Virus record (IMG/VR): IMGVR_UViG_3300027668_000008
Coordinates: 242,715 to 306,714 of that record
Reading direction: 5' to 3' (one strand)
DNA length: 64,000 bases
In this document: positions 63,927-64,000 of the stretch, one piece after another
How the letters are laid out: each line of letters starts with the position of its first letter
Numbering within the stretch: the first letter of the stretch is position 1
Notes under the pieces: generated by a model
Databases searched by the model: none
Seen by the model: the letters and a program-made list of their open reading frames with translations, nothing else
Told to the model about the DNA's origin: nothing
Made by a program: the position numbers and the translations under genes

Positions 63927-64000
63927 TCATATTGTACTCGAAAGAGTGCATACTGTAGTAGTGACTACGTCTACTATAGTACAGGTTTAATACGTTACTA

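Noticed and set aside
1-64000. Stop-codon reassignment, tRNA genes, inteins or a diversity-generating retroelement
   Set aside because: TAA, TAG and TGA all terminate full-length genes under the standard code; no cloverleaf, intein termini or reverse transcriptase were recognised by eye.

Overview
An AT-rich segment of a large T4-like (contractile-tail) bacteriophage genome, read in the standard genetic code. It has four blocks. (1) 1-6.3 kb, minus strand: late sigma factor (gp55-like), Mre11/Rad50-type recombination nuclease (gp47/gp46), an Hc1-like basic protein, an ANL adenylate-forming enzyme, an Hjc-type resolvase, and a densely base-paired ORF-free region that looks like a large structured RNA running off the window edge. 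(2) 6.4-34.7 kb, plus strand: a late baseplate/tail-fibre operon with gp53, hub, gp5 spike, a PAAR-muramidase fusion, gp25, gp6, a 4178-aa wedge-like protein and fibres, with recurring ATAAATA late-promoter boxes. (3) 34.8-62.3 kb: a roughly 27.5-kb, tightly coupled biosynthetic cluster behind a consensus sigma70 promoter. It encodes GT-A-like glycosyltransferases, five SGNH-fold proteins, nucleotidyl/cytidylyltransferases, cupins, a form IV RuBisCO-like protein, a HAD phosphomannomutase, two NDP-sugar dehydrogenases, a 2OG-Fe(II) oxygenase, a DegT aminotransferase, an amidinotransferase, a carbamoyltransferase, a methyltransferase and four radical SAM enzymes. This cluster is the best candidate for an undescribed system: a phage pathway making an elaborately modified glycan, for virion or host-surface decoration or possibly DNA modification. 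(4) 62.3-64 kb: small hypothetical genes and an AT-rich non-coding tail with repeats and hairpins. All family calls come from motifs recognised by eye; no database searches were run.
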